From: Eledone cirrhosa
Taxonomy: Eukaryota
DNA: 64,000 nucleotides
Direction of reading: 5' to 3'
NCBI GenBank assembly: GCA_964016885.1
Contig: OZ024741.1
Span: 325,128,001 to 325,192,000, forward strand
Shown: in pieces, positions 50,926 through 62,952 of the stretch
Layout: every line of letters starts with the position of its first letter
How positions within the stretch are numbered: the first letter of the stretch is position 1
Position numbers and translations under genes: made by a program
Notes under the pieces: generated by a model
Database searches by the model: none
Seen by the model: only the letters and a program-made list of their open reading frames with translations
Told to the model about the DNA's origin: nothing

Positions 50926-51451
50926 ACCCTGGGACATGGGACGTTTTCTCTACCACCAGTGCCAATACTGCAAAGTGCAGTTTCCACGATGGGCTCGCCG
51001 CTGGATTAACATACGGCGACGTTATGAGAGTTTCTATAATTGCAAGAAAGCAGGAGGCTTGAAAGGTATGCTGGAATTGTTGGGAATGAGTTTTGAGGGT
51101 CAGTTGCACTGCGGCCTTGATGATGCACATAACATTGCTAGAATTGCTCTGCGGCTGATGGCGGACGGGTGCTGTTTGAAAGTGAATGAGTATCTCAATG
51201 CCCCTATAGAAGATGTACCATCATCATCATCAACGTCATCAAAATCGAAAGCCAAAACAGCATCAGTGTCAACATCAGCAACTGCAGCACAAAGCAGTTC
51301 TGAAGATAGTGAATCATCATCATCTGATGATGAGGACAACACCAAAGGTCAACTGAAGTCGATCAAAGTTTCACCCAGAAAGCCTGTGCCATCAACTATT
51401 TCTGTAGACTCTGAAGTTGTGAAAGAAATGAAGAAACTGACTGTTAAATAA
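50926..51451 (+). CDS. ERI1: ERI1 exon 6 (ExoII/ExoIII motifs, Ser/acidic tail, stop)
   Basis: TTCCAG; PWDMGRFL...WINIR...MLELLGMSFEGQLHCGLDDAHNIARI; spliced CDS is 1230 nt, 409 aa, DEDDh residues intact. Confidence 0.95.
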
Positions 51452-51721
51452 CCCCTAATTTCTTCCTAAGGTTTTCCACTTCGACGGAGACAAATCAGCA
51501 GCTGATAGTTATTTTTTTTCCCCCACCCATCTTCAGCTGTGATTTGGTCTTCTCTCAGATTCTGTGATTTCAAAAATGAACGTCTTTCGATCTGGTGTCA
51601 AGCTGGCTTGGTTAAGAAATTTCAGGACTTAACTCCCAACATTAAAAAAAGTCTTTATTTTATTTGTTACTATATCTTTTTCATTTAGTTATTGTTATTT
51701 TATTATCATTATTATTATTAT

Positions 51722-53060
51722 TAGGGTGGGGGATGGCAGTATTGGTAGAGCATTGGATAACATGATTTTTGGTATTTGTTCAGGCTCTTTACATTATGAG
51801 TTCAAATTCTGCTGAGGTCAACTTTGCCTTACATCCTTTTGGGGTCGATAAAATAAAGTGCCAGTAATGCACTGGGGAAAATTTAATTGACTTTCCCTCC
51901 CCAAAATTGTTGGCCTTGTGCCTAAATCAGAGACCATTATTATTATTATTATTAGGGCGGTGAATTGGCAGTATCGGTGGAGGGTCGGATGCCATGCTTT
52001 CCAGCATAGTTACGTCCCTTTACAGTCTGAGTTCAAATCTCGCCGAGGTTAACTTTGCCTTTCATCCTTACGGGGTCGATAAAATAAAGTACCAGTAATG
52101 CACTGGGTAATTGCTGGCCTTGTGCCAAAAGTAGAAACAATTAATTACAGCCAATAGATACTATCAGCAATGGGAAGACTAATGGAAACAATTTCCTTGG
52201 TCTGAGCATTGGACAACATGCTTTGTGGAATATAGTCACAGGCCTTTACATTCTGAGTTCAAAACCTGCTGAGGTCAACTTTGCCTTTCATCCTTCTGGG
52301 GTCGATGAAATAAATTGCCATTAATGCACTGGAGTCGATTTAATCGATTTTTCCCTCCCCCAAAATTGTTGGCCTTGTGCCAAAATCAGAAACCATTATT
52401 ATTTTTGCCTTTCATCCTTACGGGGTCGATAAAATAAAGTACCAGTAATACACTGGGTAATTGCTGACCTTGTGCCTAACGTAGAAACAATTATTATTAT
52501 TGGCAGTGGATTGGCAGTATTGGTAGAGGGTTGGACGCCATGCTTTCCAGCATAATTACGTCCCTTTACGATCTGAGTTCAAATCCCGCCGAGGTTGACT
52601 TTGCCTTTCATCCTTAAGGGGTCAATAAAAAAAAGTACCAGTAATGCACTGAGTAATTGCTGGCCTTGTGCCTAAAGTAGAAACAATTATTATTATTGGC
52701 AGTATTGGTAGAACGTCAGAAAACATGCTTTGTGGAATATAGTCACGGCCCTTTATGCTCTGAATTCAAATCCCGCTGAGGTTAACTTTGCTTTTCATCC
52801 TTAAGGGGTTGATAAAAATAAGTACCAGTAACGAACTGGGGTCAATTTAATTAACATTCCCCCTTCCCTTCAAATTACTGTTCTTGTGCTAAATGTAGAA
52901 ACAATTATTAGTATTATTGGGGCAGTGGATTGGTCGTCCCGATAGTGTGTCCGACAACATGCTTTGTTGGATATATTACCTCCCTATACATACCAGTAAT
53001 GCACTGGGTTAATTTAATCGACTTTCCACTCCCCCTTGTTCCTAAATCAGAAACCATTAT
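51722..53060 (+). mobile_element. Head-to-tail array of ~7 Nin-domain tRNA-SINE units
   Basis: Units at ~51723, 51953, 52204, 52404 (3' half only), 52501, 52697 and 52920, mostly separated by (TTA)n tails. Confidence 0.88.
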
Positions 53061-53080
53061 TTCCTTGGATATCTCTATGT

Positions 53081-53688
53081 ATAGTAATATACGCGAACGA
53101 CAAAGCATAAATGAATTGAGAGAGAGACTGAGCATAAGAGGAATCAAATGCTGTGTGCAGGAGAGGCGGTTGCGTTGGTATGGACATGTGATGCGTATGA
53201 AGGATGACAGCTGCATAAAAAGGTGTAGAGCACTAGAAGTCGATGGAAACCGCGGAGTGGGGAGACCCAAGATGACCTGGGATGAGGTGATAAAAGCCGA
53301 CCTTACCCAATTACACCTCAAAGGCGATGACACACGACCGTGACCTCTGGTGTCACGCAGTAATACAGAGTACCCGACCTCCCATGGGTACAAGCTGAAG
53401 CATATAGACAATATACCCCCCCCCCCACTGCAAGGTGGTCGTGGAGGTGCCACGGCAAAAAAGCACCCAGCCCACACTGTAAAGTGGACGTGTAGGCGCC
53501 ACGAAAAAGCACCCAGCACTCACTGTAAATGAGGTTGGTGTTAGGAAGGGCATCCAGCTGTAGAAATCAAGCCAAATCAGTTCCTGTATGAGCAAGGCAT
53601 GGTCAGCCGACTAGGCACTGCCCACAACAGGACAACCCGTCTAACCCATGCTAGCGTGGAAGAACGGACGTAAAACGATGATGATGAT
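53081..53688 (+). mobile_element. 5'-truncated RTE-B copy
   Basis: Near-identical to 31230-31850. Confidence 0.92.
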
Positions 53689-56638
53689 ACATACATTCCA
53701 CTGGGTTGACCACTGTTTTCTGATTGGTTTGATCATGTCTTCAGGGGTGTAGCCATACTCACCACGTTTGGCCAAATGTTCTTGTCTTTTGTTCTGCTGG
53801 GGTTCAATTTACCCCACTCACCAGACCAAAGTATGGTGAGAAAGCCGGTTAGTCGCCGACTACTCGACAATGAAATACGAAATAAAGCAAAACAAAAAAA
53901 TTCCTTTAGAGTTACTTCCCTTTAATGCATTGTCCAAGGGGCTTAACTCTAAAAGAATAGTATATTATAAAATGCTTAATACGTTTGTCAAGTAAACGAA
54001 TATGTGGAGGGTAGTTGAGATCTTCGAAACTTGGGAGTATATAAATTATTTTCAGTTCATTAAATTGTTCTGGGTTCAATATTGATTCACACCGGAGTCG
54101 ATAATCGACTTTAACGATTCCTAATATAATGGATACACAGTTATGGTATATAGATGCCTGGTTAAGGAGTTTGCTTCGCAACAACATGGTTTTGGATGCA
54201 GACTCACAGTGTGGCACATTAGACAAGTGTCTTCTACTACAGCCCCAAGTGGACCAATGTTTCGAGTGAAATTTCGTAGACGGCAGCTGAACCTACAGAA
54301 GCCAATCGTGTGCGTGCGTACGTGCGTGAACGTCCAGAGAGTGGGGGTGGGGTGGGGGTCTTGTACTCTGAGTCACTTAGCACGGAGGAAACTAGGATAA
54401 GCACCAACCTTATGAGCCTCCGGGCTTGAGACAGAGCTTTAAGGTTTTTCGTTTGTCCATGTTTGCGTCTTTGTTTTTGTTTCGTAACTTATAGGTTCGA
54501 CAAAAGGAAATCAGTTAAAGAGGTACGTGACTTGAAAATAAGCACAGGGGTAGATATCGGCTAAATACATTTACGGTAGGCTCTAGCATGACCTATCTAA
54601 TGAATGAAATCAATGAAAGAATATAGTATTTGAATTAAAAGTAAACATATTTTGAAACAAAGAAAATCATTCTAGCCGACTGATCCGAAAGTGCGTAACT
54701 CTGTGATCAGAGAGTCATTCTAGGTAGAGCCGGTACTTCGAATAATTGAGAGATCACAACTCCGATATTGCAGCCATGGGGTTAGAATGTCTCAGGAAAG
54801 AATCGCTGAAGATGTTTTCAACGATATAGTCGCGACAAGAAACTGATCAAAGAGTAGCTGGTACTTTGTCAGCTTGTGCGTTCTTCAGCCTGTCGATCGA
54901 TTTTAGTACTTGACTGGTATTTATGTTGTCCACCCTGGGACAATAAAAAGGTGAAGTAGACTTCGGCAAGATTTGAATTGTCAAGCTCAGAGAATATCGA
55001 AATACATTAAGCCCTACGATTATATCATTCGACCACAGTTAATGATATAATTGTTTCTACTTTTGGCACAAGGCCAGCAATTATCTCAGTGCATTACTGG
55101 TACTTTATTTTATCGACTCCGTAAGGATGAAAGGCAAAGTTAACCTCGGCAGGATTAGGAGACACTATCTCCAATTATCTATCTAGTGATAGGGGAAATA
55201 TATTCATTTTAAATTAACCCCTGTCAGATTAGACATACATTTTATGGGCCCTAAGTCGACAGCCCTGTTGATAGTGAAGTCAAGGGGTACCTCTGCAAGC
55301 TGTCAGTCACTTTGTTGAGAAGGAAATATTTGATATCGCCAGGAAAATGATGCGGAAGACAAAGCCAATGGTGATGTCATAATAAGTAAGAGTGGTAAAG
55401 TTTGTAACAACATTAGTAATAATACTACTAACTGCAGTATTCCCTCGCAATTGAGCATGACTTGGTAGCTTGTACTATGTTTTTATTAAGGGGTTTTAGG
55501 TGTCTATGATGTCGCGAGCAAACACGCTTGAACCTTCCTTAATTTAGCGGTACATCTGCAATATGGCAGCTGAAAGGAGAGAAGGTTGCACCTGTATTAA
55601 GCTGGTATTTTATTTATCGGCCCGAAAAGAAAAGATGGATTTCGGTAACAATGAAAAATGCAATAGTATCAGGAGTACCACAACTAACAACTACAACAGC
55701 TATAGTAGCAGGAAGCACTAGTAACAACTACAACGGAGAAAGTAGCAACGCTAGAGTGAACAGTAGTATGGCAATATGAACCCACAACGACTGAGAAAGT
55801 CATAGGGACACCATATTGGCATACGATGTTTCTTAGGGAATTTGTTAACGTGGCGGAGCCCATTCCCTCTCCAGGACGCATCAGATTTTTTAGACTTATT
55901 TTAGGAAAAAAGTAGCGTCTTCGACGCCAGGAAATACGGTAAGTCCAAGGAAAATTAGAGTAAAATTTCTAAAATTTCCATTCAGATCTCTTGGGTAGTT
56001 ACTCCATCCACGATGCTGTCTGAGAAGGTCTGGGAGTACAACACAAACAAGTGTCTGGCTTTTCTATACCACCGAAAAAGCTGTTGACTGAATTCGAAGG
56101 AGCAAAACATCCTAGGCCATCACTGCTAGAGCAGAATACAACGTCCTGATACCAAACCATTGTGCCATCTACGAGATGTACAGAGGAAACAAGCGGAAAA
56201 TCTGATCACAAGCCGCCAAAGAGGTATGGTTTGACCTCACCACGAGAATACGATAGGGCAGCGTACTATTATCCTATCCTATCTCCACTGCTCGTAATTC
56301 TCTCGCCGGTCTCCAATAAAGTTGCATCTCATATTTTTGAGGATATAATAGGTTTTTGGTGTACGTTACTACCACGACCACGACCCCCATCACTACTACT
56401 ACTACTACTAAAAAAACTCCAAGCTCAGGCATCGCTTGATATGTGACATTTTTTGCGATGCATGGCTATAGGCAAATCCCTATCAGGAATAAAAAGCCAC
56501 GTCCGTGATGGTCATGATTAAGTATCAAGCGATGGCATTACACGAAATCGAGTTGCAGCCATCATCATTATGTATGTATGTGTGTGTCTGTGTGTTGCGT
56601 TTCTTTTCTTTTTCTGTGCTACACTGGACTGGTGTAAC

Positions 56639-56722
<84 letters not shown>

Positions 56723-56724
<2 letters not shown>

Positions 56725-56884
56725 TGAGTTTCAGAAGATCCCATTAAGGGTGAAAGCAGCGATTCTTTGCTTAAACTTTAATCTGTTATTTTAATAAATA
56801 TTTGCGCTACGGTTCTTATATATTTGATATATATTTATCCTTATCGAGGCCTCTTTGGATTTTAGTCTTCAAATTTATTATTAT

Positions 56885-56888
<4 letters not shown>
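56723..56888 (+). mobile_element. ~165-bp dispersed repeat with hammerhead-like fold (copy 1)
   Basis: Second copy at 61041-61204; AGTTT-CAGAAGA-stem-GAAA-stem-TT-AAACT. Confidence 0.65.
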
Positions 56889-56916
<28 letters not shown>

Positions 56917-56919
<3 letters not shown>

Positions 56920-57290
56920 GGTTGCCCTTATTTTCCAACTTTCTAAAAGTTTAGCCACCATGCCTATCTTGTTCCAATTAACAAAAAACTAATCTATGCA
57001 AAACTTTAGCTCAAGTGGACAACTGCAAGGTGACTCTCATCGACCGCGAAAGTTTGAAGTTTTCGCCCGGAAAGTCATTTTTTCAGATAAATTTTTTTTT
57101 ATCTCTTATATAATTTTCTTGTTCAGATTTATTCTTGGTATTAGAAGGATAAGTGACAATAAATATAATGGAGAAGGCAACTTGCAAGGCTGGGGACAGA
57201 GCGTAGGTATAGGGCAAACACCTATTTTTCGGTGTGGGAACAGCAACATTTTAACTTTCGGAAAATTACCTATTGCTAAGGGCCACGCTA
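56917..57290. mobile_element. Non-autonomous DNA transposon with TAGGGT(G/T)G termini, inserted in (TA)n
   Basis: TIR TAGGGTTGCCCTTA / TAAGGGCCACGCTA; related ends at ~59560-59777 and 59951-59979. Confidence 0.7.
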
Positions 57291-57370
57291 ATATATATAT
57301 ATCCGTATGTGGTTGATAGCTGAGAGAAATGACTACTCGGTATTGAGTAATATATATATATATATATATA

Positions 57371-57719
57371 TACAATATGTTGAAAAAGTAACGCACTAGA
57401 GAGAGATACAGTGCGCCATCAATAAAACAGGGAAAAAACCACAAATTCGGATTTGTACGTGTGTTATATAGTTATAGAGGTATTTATTTACACTTTAATT
57501 TATATTTTTAATTATCGTGTCTATATTCTGCCTTCCATAGGTTATAGATTCCATACACTGGTGGTTTTTTTCCCTGTTTTATTGATGGTGCACTGTATCT
57601 CTCTCTAGTGTGTTACCTTTTCAACATATTGTATTCTAAAGTGCCCAGGATTTCCTCTCCTTTGAGCACATTATTTACAGGGAACGGCGAGAGTCTATGG
57701 TTCCGTTAATGTATCGTGA
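57371..57719 (+). mobile_element. (TA)n-flanked fold-back element with tail
   Basis: Arms 57371-57442 / 57561-57633; tail 57634-57719. Confidence 0.7.
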
Positions 57720-57723
57720 TATA

Positions 57724-57760
<37 letters not shown>

Positions 57761-57780
57761 GATATATATATGATATATAT

Positions 57781-57893
57781 AACGAAGGAGTTGTGGTAAG
57801 GAACCAGATGGACCATAACTCACCAGATTACTCAATAGAAATAGCCGTCGAAACGGCTTGAGCTCTGCCGTTGGGGTCATACATTTTCCTATA
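57781..57893 (-). mobile_element. Second member of the 5434-5760 family (tail plus inverted piece)
   Basis: 57781-57837 is the reverse complement of 5703-5759; 57838-57893 matches 5627-5681. Confidence 0.75.
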
Positions 57894-57912
57894 TGATATA
57901 TATATATATATA

Positions 57913-58235
57913 TACGATATTAACAAATGGAAACTATATTTATAAAACCATATTTATTTCATTATACATATTTCAAGGACACCAAGTTAAATTATGGTGT
58001 GCTTTCATCAGACAAAATATAATATAGATCAGTTTTATAAATAAATATTGACATACCCTTAAAAAATGCAACCATTACTGTTGGAAGCTTCCAACAGTAA
58101 TGGTTGCATTTTTTAAGGGTAAATATAGTTTCCATTTGTTAATATCGTATTTTTACTCCAAATATTTGTTGAGTGCTTTATATCAGTTATAAAAATATTT
58201 GCTGGTTGTATCCCAACAATTTAAATAGAACTTTT
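57913..58235 (+). mobile_element. (TA)n-flanked fold-back with internal 66-bp perfect palindrome and a decayed hammerhead on the inverted arm
   Basis: Arms 57913-57941 / 58121-58149; palindrome 58055-58120 centred on AAGCTT; - strand CTGATGA-AAGCACACCA..TGGTGTCCTT-GAAA at 58011-57971. Confidence 0.65.
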
Positions 58236-58260
58236 ACACACACACATATATATATATATA

Positions 58261-59066
58261 TCTCCAAAATTAAGATAAATCAAAGTGAATTTAATCTAAA
58301 TCAAAATTATGGGTGTCATGCCAGAAAGGCATGGGCCATATCACCCGTACAATAAGCTCCAAGATTCTAATGAATAGGTCCGAGCATTTTATAACAACTA
58401 GAAATTGATTAACATATAAATAAACATATGAAACAATCACATGGGATAATTTTTACAAGTATGTAAGCACACATAGCTAGGTAAGTAACTAAATAAAGTT
58501 AACTAGAACTTCAAAAATAGATACCTTATAATATGATTAATCTTCCCTGTATATATTCCATTACAGAAATATATTTCACCAATTAATCGAATGGTAAACC
58601 ACGGAGGCCGATACTTGGATTTTCATAAAGGAAGAAGTCCAGCCATCTGTGTTGACGCATTAAGTTCAAATCAGCGACTGGCCAGTAACACGTGCTGTAT
58701 CTACTAAAAATACACACACTGGGACGAAGCTGGTATGATGTGTGTATTTTTAGTAGATACAGCACGTGTTACTGGCCAGTTGCTGATTTGAACTTAATGC
58801 GTAAACACAGATGGCTGGACTTCTTCCTTGTGGAAATCCAAGTATCGGCCTCCGTGGTTTACCATTCGATTAATTGGTGAAATATATTTCTTTAATGGAA
58901 TATATACAGGGAAGATTAATCATATTATAAGGTATCTATTTTTGAAGTTCTAGTTAACTTTATTTAGTTACCTATCTAGCTATGTGTGCTTACACACTTG
59001 TAAAAATTATCCCCTGTGATTGTTTCATATGTTTATTTATATGTTAATCAATTTCTAGTTGTTATA
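58261..59066 (-). mobile_element. (TA)n-flanked ~330-bp-arm palindrome with 129-nt tail on the left
   Basis: Arms 58390-58718 / 58739-59066, about a dozen mismatches, 20-nt loop. Confidence 0.8.
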
Positions 59067-59157
59067 TATATATATATAATATATATATAATATGTTGACA
59101 ATCTTTTAATAATGTCTTTCTTGTGAAATTTGTAGTCTTGTTTTGCTTAACTAATGA

Positions 59158-59200
<43 letters not shown>

Positions 59201-59774
59201 TCTCCTTACTATCCTTGCTTTCATATTTCTCCTTGCTTCCCTATTCTCATTGTATTTGTATATAAACAAGTACATAGATACAAGGAGAAAGGGAGAGCAA
59301 GGAGAACAATGAAAAAAAGGAGAGGAAGGAGAAAAGGAGAGCGAGGAGAGGAAGGAGAGAAAAAGGGAAGTGGGACAGAGAGGAAGGGAGGAAGGGGAGA
59401 AAGGGGGCAGTGAAGGAATAGAGGGGCAAGGGGAGGAATTGAATGATGAGGAGGAAAGGAGCATATATACATATTTCAGTATGTGGTTATATATATACAA
59501 TGAATATATATATATATACATTTGCTGGGGTAGCCTGGATGTGTCCACATAAATTTCTCTAAGAAGAAAAAAGAAAATGGCCGAGATAGGAAACAGTATA
59601 CCGCTTTTGAACATAATTAATCGTTGCGTATACTAATTTCAAGGCGTTTGAGGGTCGCCTAACTGTTGTCCGATTGAGCTGAAACCTTGTACACCCCACT
59701 TTTTTGTTGATTGGAACAGCGTTGGTAGGTGGGAGCAGCAACTTTCGGAAAATTACCTATTGCTAAGGCCCACC

Positions 59775-59808
<34 letters not shown>

Positions 59809-60253
59809 ATATAAATAATTGTTTCTACTTTAGGCACAAGGCAAGCAATTACCCAGTGCATTACTGGTACTTTATTTTATCGACCCCGTAAGGATGAAAG
59901 GCAAAGTCAACCAAAATATATCATATGATATATAAATAATATATATATATTAGGGTGGGCCTTAGCAATAGGTAATTTTAAAAACTACCCGGTTGAGTGC
60001 TTATTCGATTTGTGGTATTTATGTAATTTTTTGCATGATTTACACATACTGAATTCATTTGCCAAAATCTGGGGTTTTTCCCCTTGTGAGTTACACATGT
60101 TCTTTTACAATGCTCTGCGTCATTCACAAAGTTGGCGCAGAGCAAAATACCTGTTGATAATGTGATATTCCTTATTCGATCATTATACCAAAAGCTCATA
60201 GAAACCCTGCATTTGGATTTTACCATCAATTCCAATGGGTTCAGCTTTGTTCA

Positions 60254-60315
<62 letters not shown>

Positions 60316-60697
60316 TTTATCACTTATTTAGCCTGTTTAGCTTCACTTGTTTTTTGGTTTAGGTGATTAATGCCTTCTTGACCACTTTTTCAGTTTGTAT
60401 GGCGTTTAAACATATGTTTAGCTCACACATACAAAAACACACGCAACGCCTGTACCCGCACGTGCACATGCCTGTATTTGCATACTCATGGCGGGTGTTT
60501 TCGCGTATGCATGTGTATGTACGTATATGGATGCGTGCATCTATATACTTAATTATTGTTGATTTCAATAACCTCTGTAATTTATTTACATTATTCTTCT
60601 CAGTAATGTACTGGGTAATTGTTGGCCTTGTGCCTAAAGTAGAAACAATTCTTCTTCTCTGAAGCCGAGAATCATTCGGTTTCCTAAATAGAGTCTT

Positions 60698-60972
60698 AGT
60701 CTACAACTTCAGTTATACCATAAACGTGGTTTTGTCTTTGCGTGTAATTGTTCTTAGCGCTCTACATAATGACGTATTATCTTCGTTTTTTCCGTTCATT
60801 GCCAGGGAACGTCTCCACGAACCACCGAATAAAATATTAGTCAACGACTTCATTTATACCATAAACGTGGTTTTGTCTTTGTGTGTTCTCACCGCTCCAA
60901 ATAATGACGTATTATCTTCGTTTTTTCCCCGTTCTTTGCCAGGGAACGTCCACAAGAACCAAAGAATAGTCT
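60698..60972. repeat. ~140-bp tandem duplication
   Basis: TTATACCATAAACGTGGTTTTGTCTTTG...GCCAGGGAACGTC occurs twice. Confidence 0.85.
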
Positions 60973-61040
60973 TCCTGTCTTCCTTCGGTTGCAATGTTTT
61001 TCGAAATATTTACTTCTTCGCTCACCGATTGATTTTTTTT

Positions 61041-61204
61041 AGTTTCAGAAGATCCCGTTAAGGGTGAAAGCAGCGATTCTTTGCTTAAACTTTAATCTGT
61101 TATTTTAATAAATATTTGCTCTACGGTACTTATATATTTGATATATATTAATCCTTATCGAGCCCTCTTTGGATTTTAGTCTTCAAATTTATTATTATTA
61201 CTAT
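61041..61204 (+). mobile_element. ~165-bp hammerhead-like repeat (copy 2)
   Basis: Near-identical to 56727-56888. Confidence 0.65.
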
Positions 61205-61235
61205 ATCTACTTATCTATCTATCTATCTATCTATC

Positions 61236-62947
61236 TTGATAGAGTAAGACATGTTACGGAAAATGAGCAAACGGAAAATAATAATACAAATAACAACAAG
61301 GCAACTTTCGCCCAGAAAACAAAACAGTCCATAACATATACACCAATAAACTTAACTGCCGCCAGAGAAAAACTGGCCGAAGCAAAGAAACACATTGTTT
61401 TGGGGGAGAACGGAATGTTTTCCATTAACCCCCCCCCCCCAGAATTCAAGAAAGCGAGAACAGAGAGCACAGTTCTCTTCAGAACAATATTAAACCAAAC
61501 AAGAAAGCCAGCACAGCCCAGCCAAATGGAGATAGAGTTGGTCCTAAAAGACTATATGAAGAATATTCTCTTCATACGAAAGGACCGACTCTATGGCAGC
61601 ATTTCGGTCTTAACAAAAGACAAGGAAACGGCGCAGAAGCTTTCTCTAAGCCCACTCTCATCGACAACATACAGCTTCTATCCCTCCTACATGGGTAGAA
61701 GAACACAGAGAGTAAAAGTACAAACAATGCTGCCCACAATGGACTTCTGGTGGGCTATTGCTGGCTTCATAGACATGGGCGAGGACACAGTGCTGTCAAT
61801 GGGGAAGGCATCCGGAGATGCGTTCCTGGGAATGGGCCTCGACCTACTAGTCCAAATGAGGCCCGAAAGAATAGCACAAATCCCGGATCGCATCTGGCTG
61901 GATGACCTCACCCCAATAGATATAATTGTAGAGGGGAGAAGACCAGCATGCTATTTATGCACGGAAAGGGGACACGTTAAGGCTAACTGCCCGAAACGTA
62001 TCCCCCAAAAAGGACTATTGCCCACACCCACCGCAAACAGTACACCAACACCACCCACCTCCAAAAATACACTAATACCACACACAGCAAACAAAATACA
62101 GACACCACCAACCACAAGCACAACACAAACATCACCACCACCAAACACAAGCACGACACAAAAATCACCACCACCATCACCAACCAAAACACAAACATCA
62201 CCCCCACCATTACCAACCACAAGCACGACACAAACATCACCACCACCACCACAAAACGCATTCCAAACAAATAATAAAAAAAACAGCAACAAATCTACCC
62301 CTCCCGCAAAAAAAAACCAACCAGACACGACGTCCCTCCCACCTAGCGCTGAAGAGTTTCCCCCAACTTCTGAAGAAGGAGGAGAAGCCTTCAGACAAGT
62401 TAAAAGAAAAAAAGAAAGCACACACCCAGCACACCACAAATAACCCACACACAAACACCAACTCCAATCAAAAACACCCACCCTCAACAAACAAAAATAA
62501 ATCTGCGCCTCCCCTCTCCGAAACATTGACAGCATCACAAAAAAGACATTGCAATACACATATATAAATAAAGAAAACAAAAAACTGTTTAAATTAATAA
62601 ACAATAGCCCTTTGGTGCAGACCGAAGGGCCAAACTTTATCTCAACAGAGAACTTCACCCATTTAAAAATGATAAAGGTCCCTCTGGACCTTTATCGTTC
62701 CTTAAAAGAACAATTTAGACAGGACGTGAGCCCCCCCTGTTTAAAACCGTTAAATCGCGTCCTCTTGAAAGATTTCCCCATAACCTCCCCTCTCCCTGAC
62801 ACAACTCCAAACACCCCAACCCCACCACACTCGGGTACCCCCACACCACCACAAAACATCCCTCCACCCAACACACCTGACGCCATGGAAATTACACAAC
62901 CCGGAGAGGTAGGTGCTTTTCTTTCTTCACTTTCAACACCAAAATAG
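61236..62947 (+). pseudogene. ORF1 of a Tx1/L1-like LINE (CCHC knuckle, Pro/Thr-rich tail), no in-frame start, broken after 62443
   Basis: TFAQK, VEGRRPACYLCTERGHVKANCP; PPPTTS repeats. Confidence 0.75.
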
Positions 62948-62952
62948 ATCAA

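Noticed and set aside
53700-56500. Possible unannotated gene downstream of ERI1
   Set aside because: Only short ORFs and SINE/LINE remnants; no consistent exon chain found
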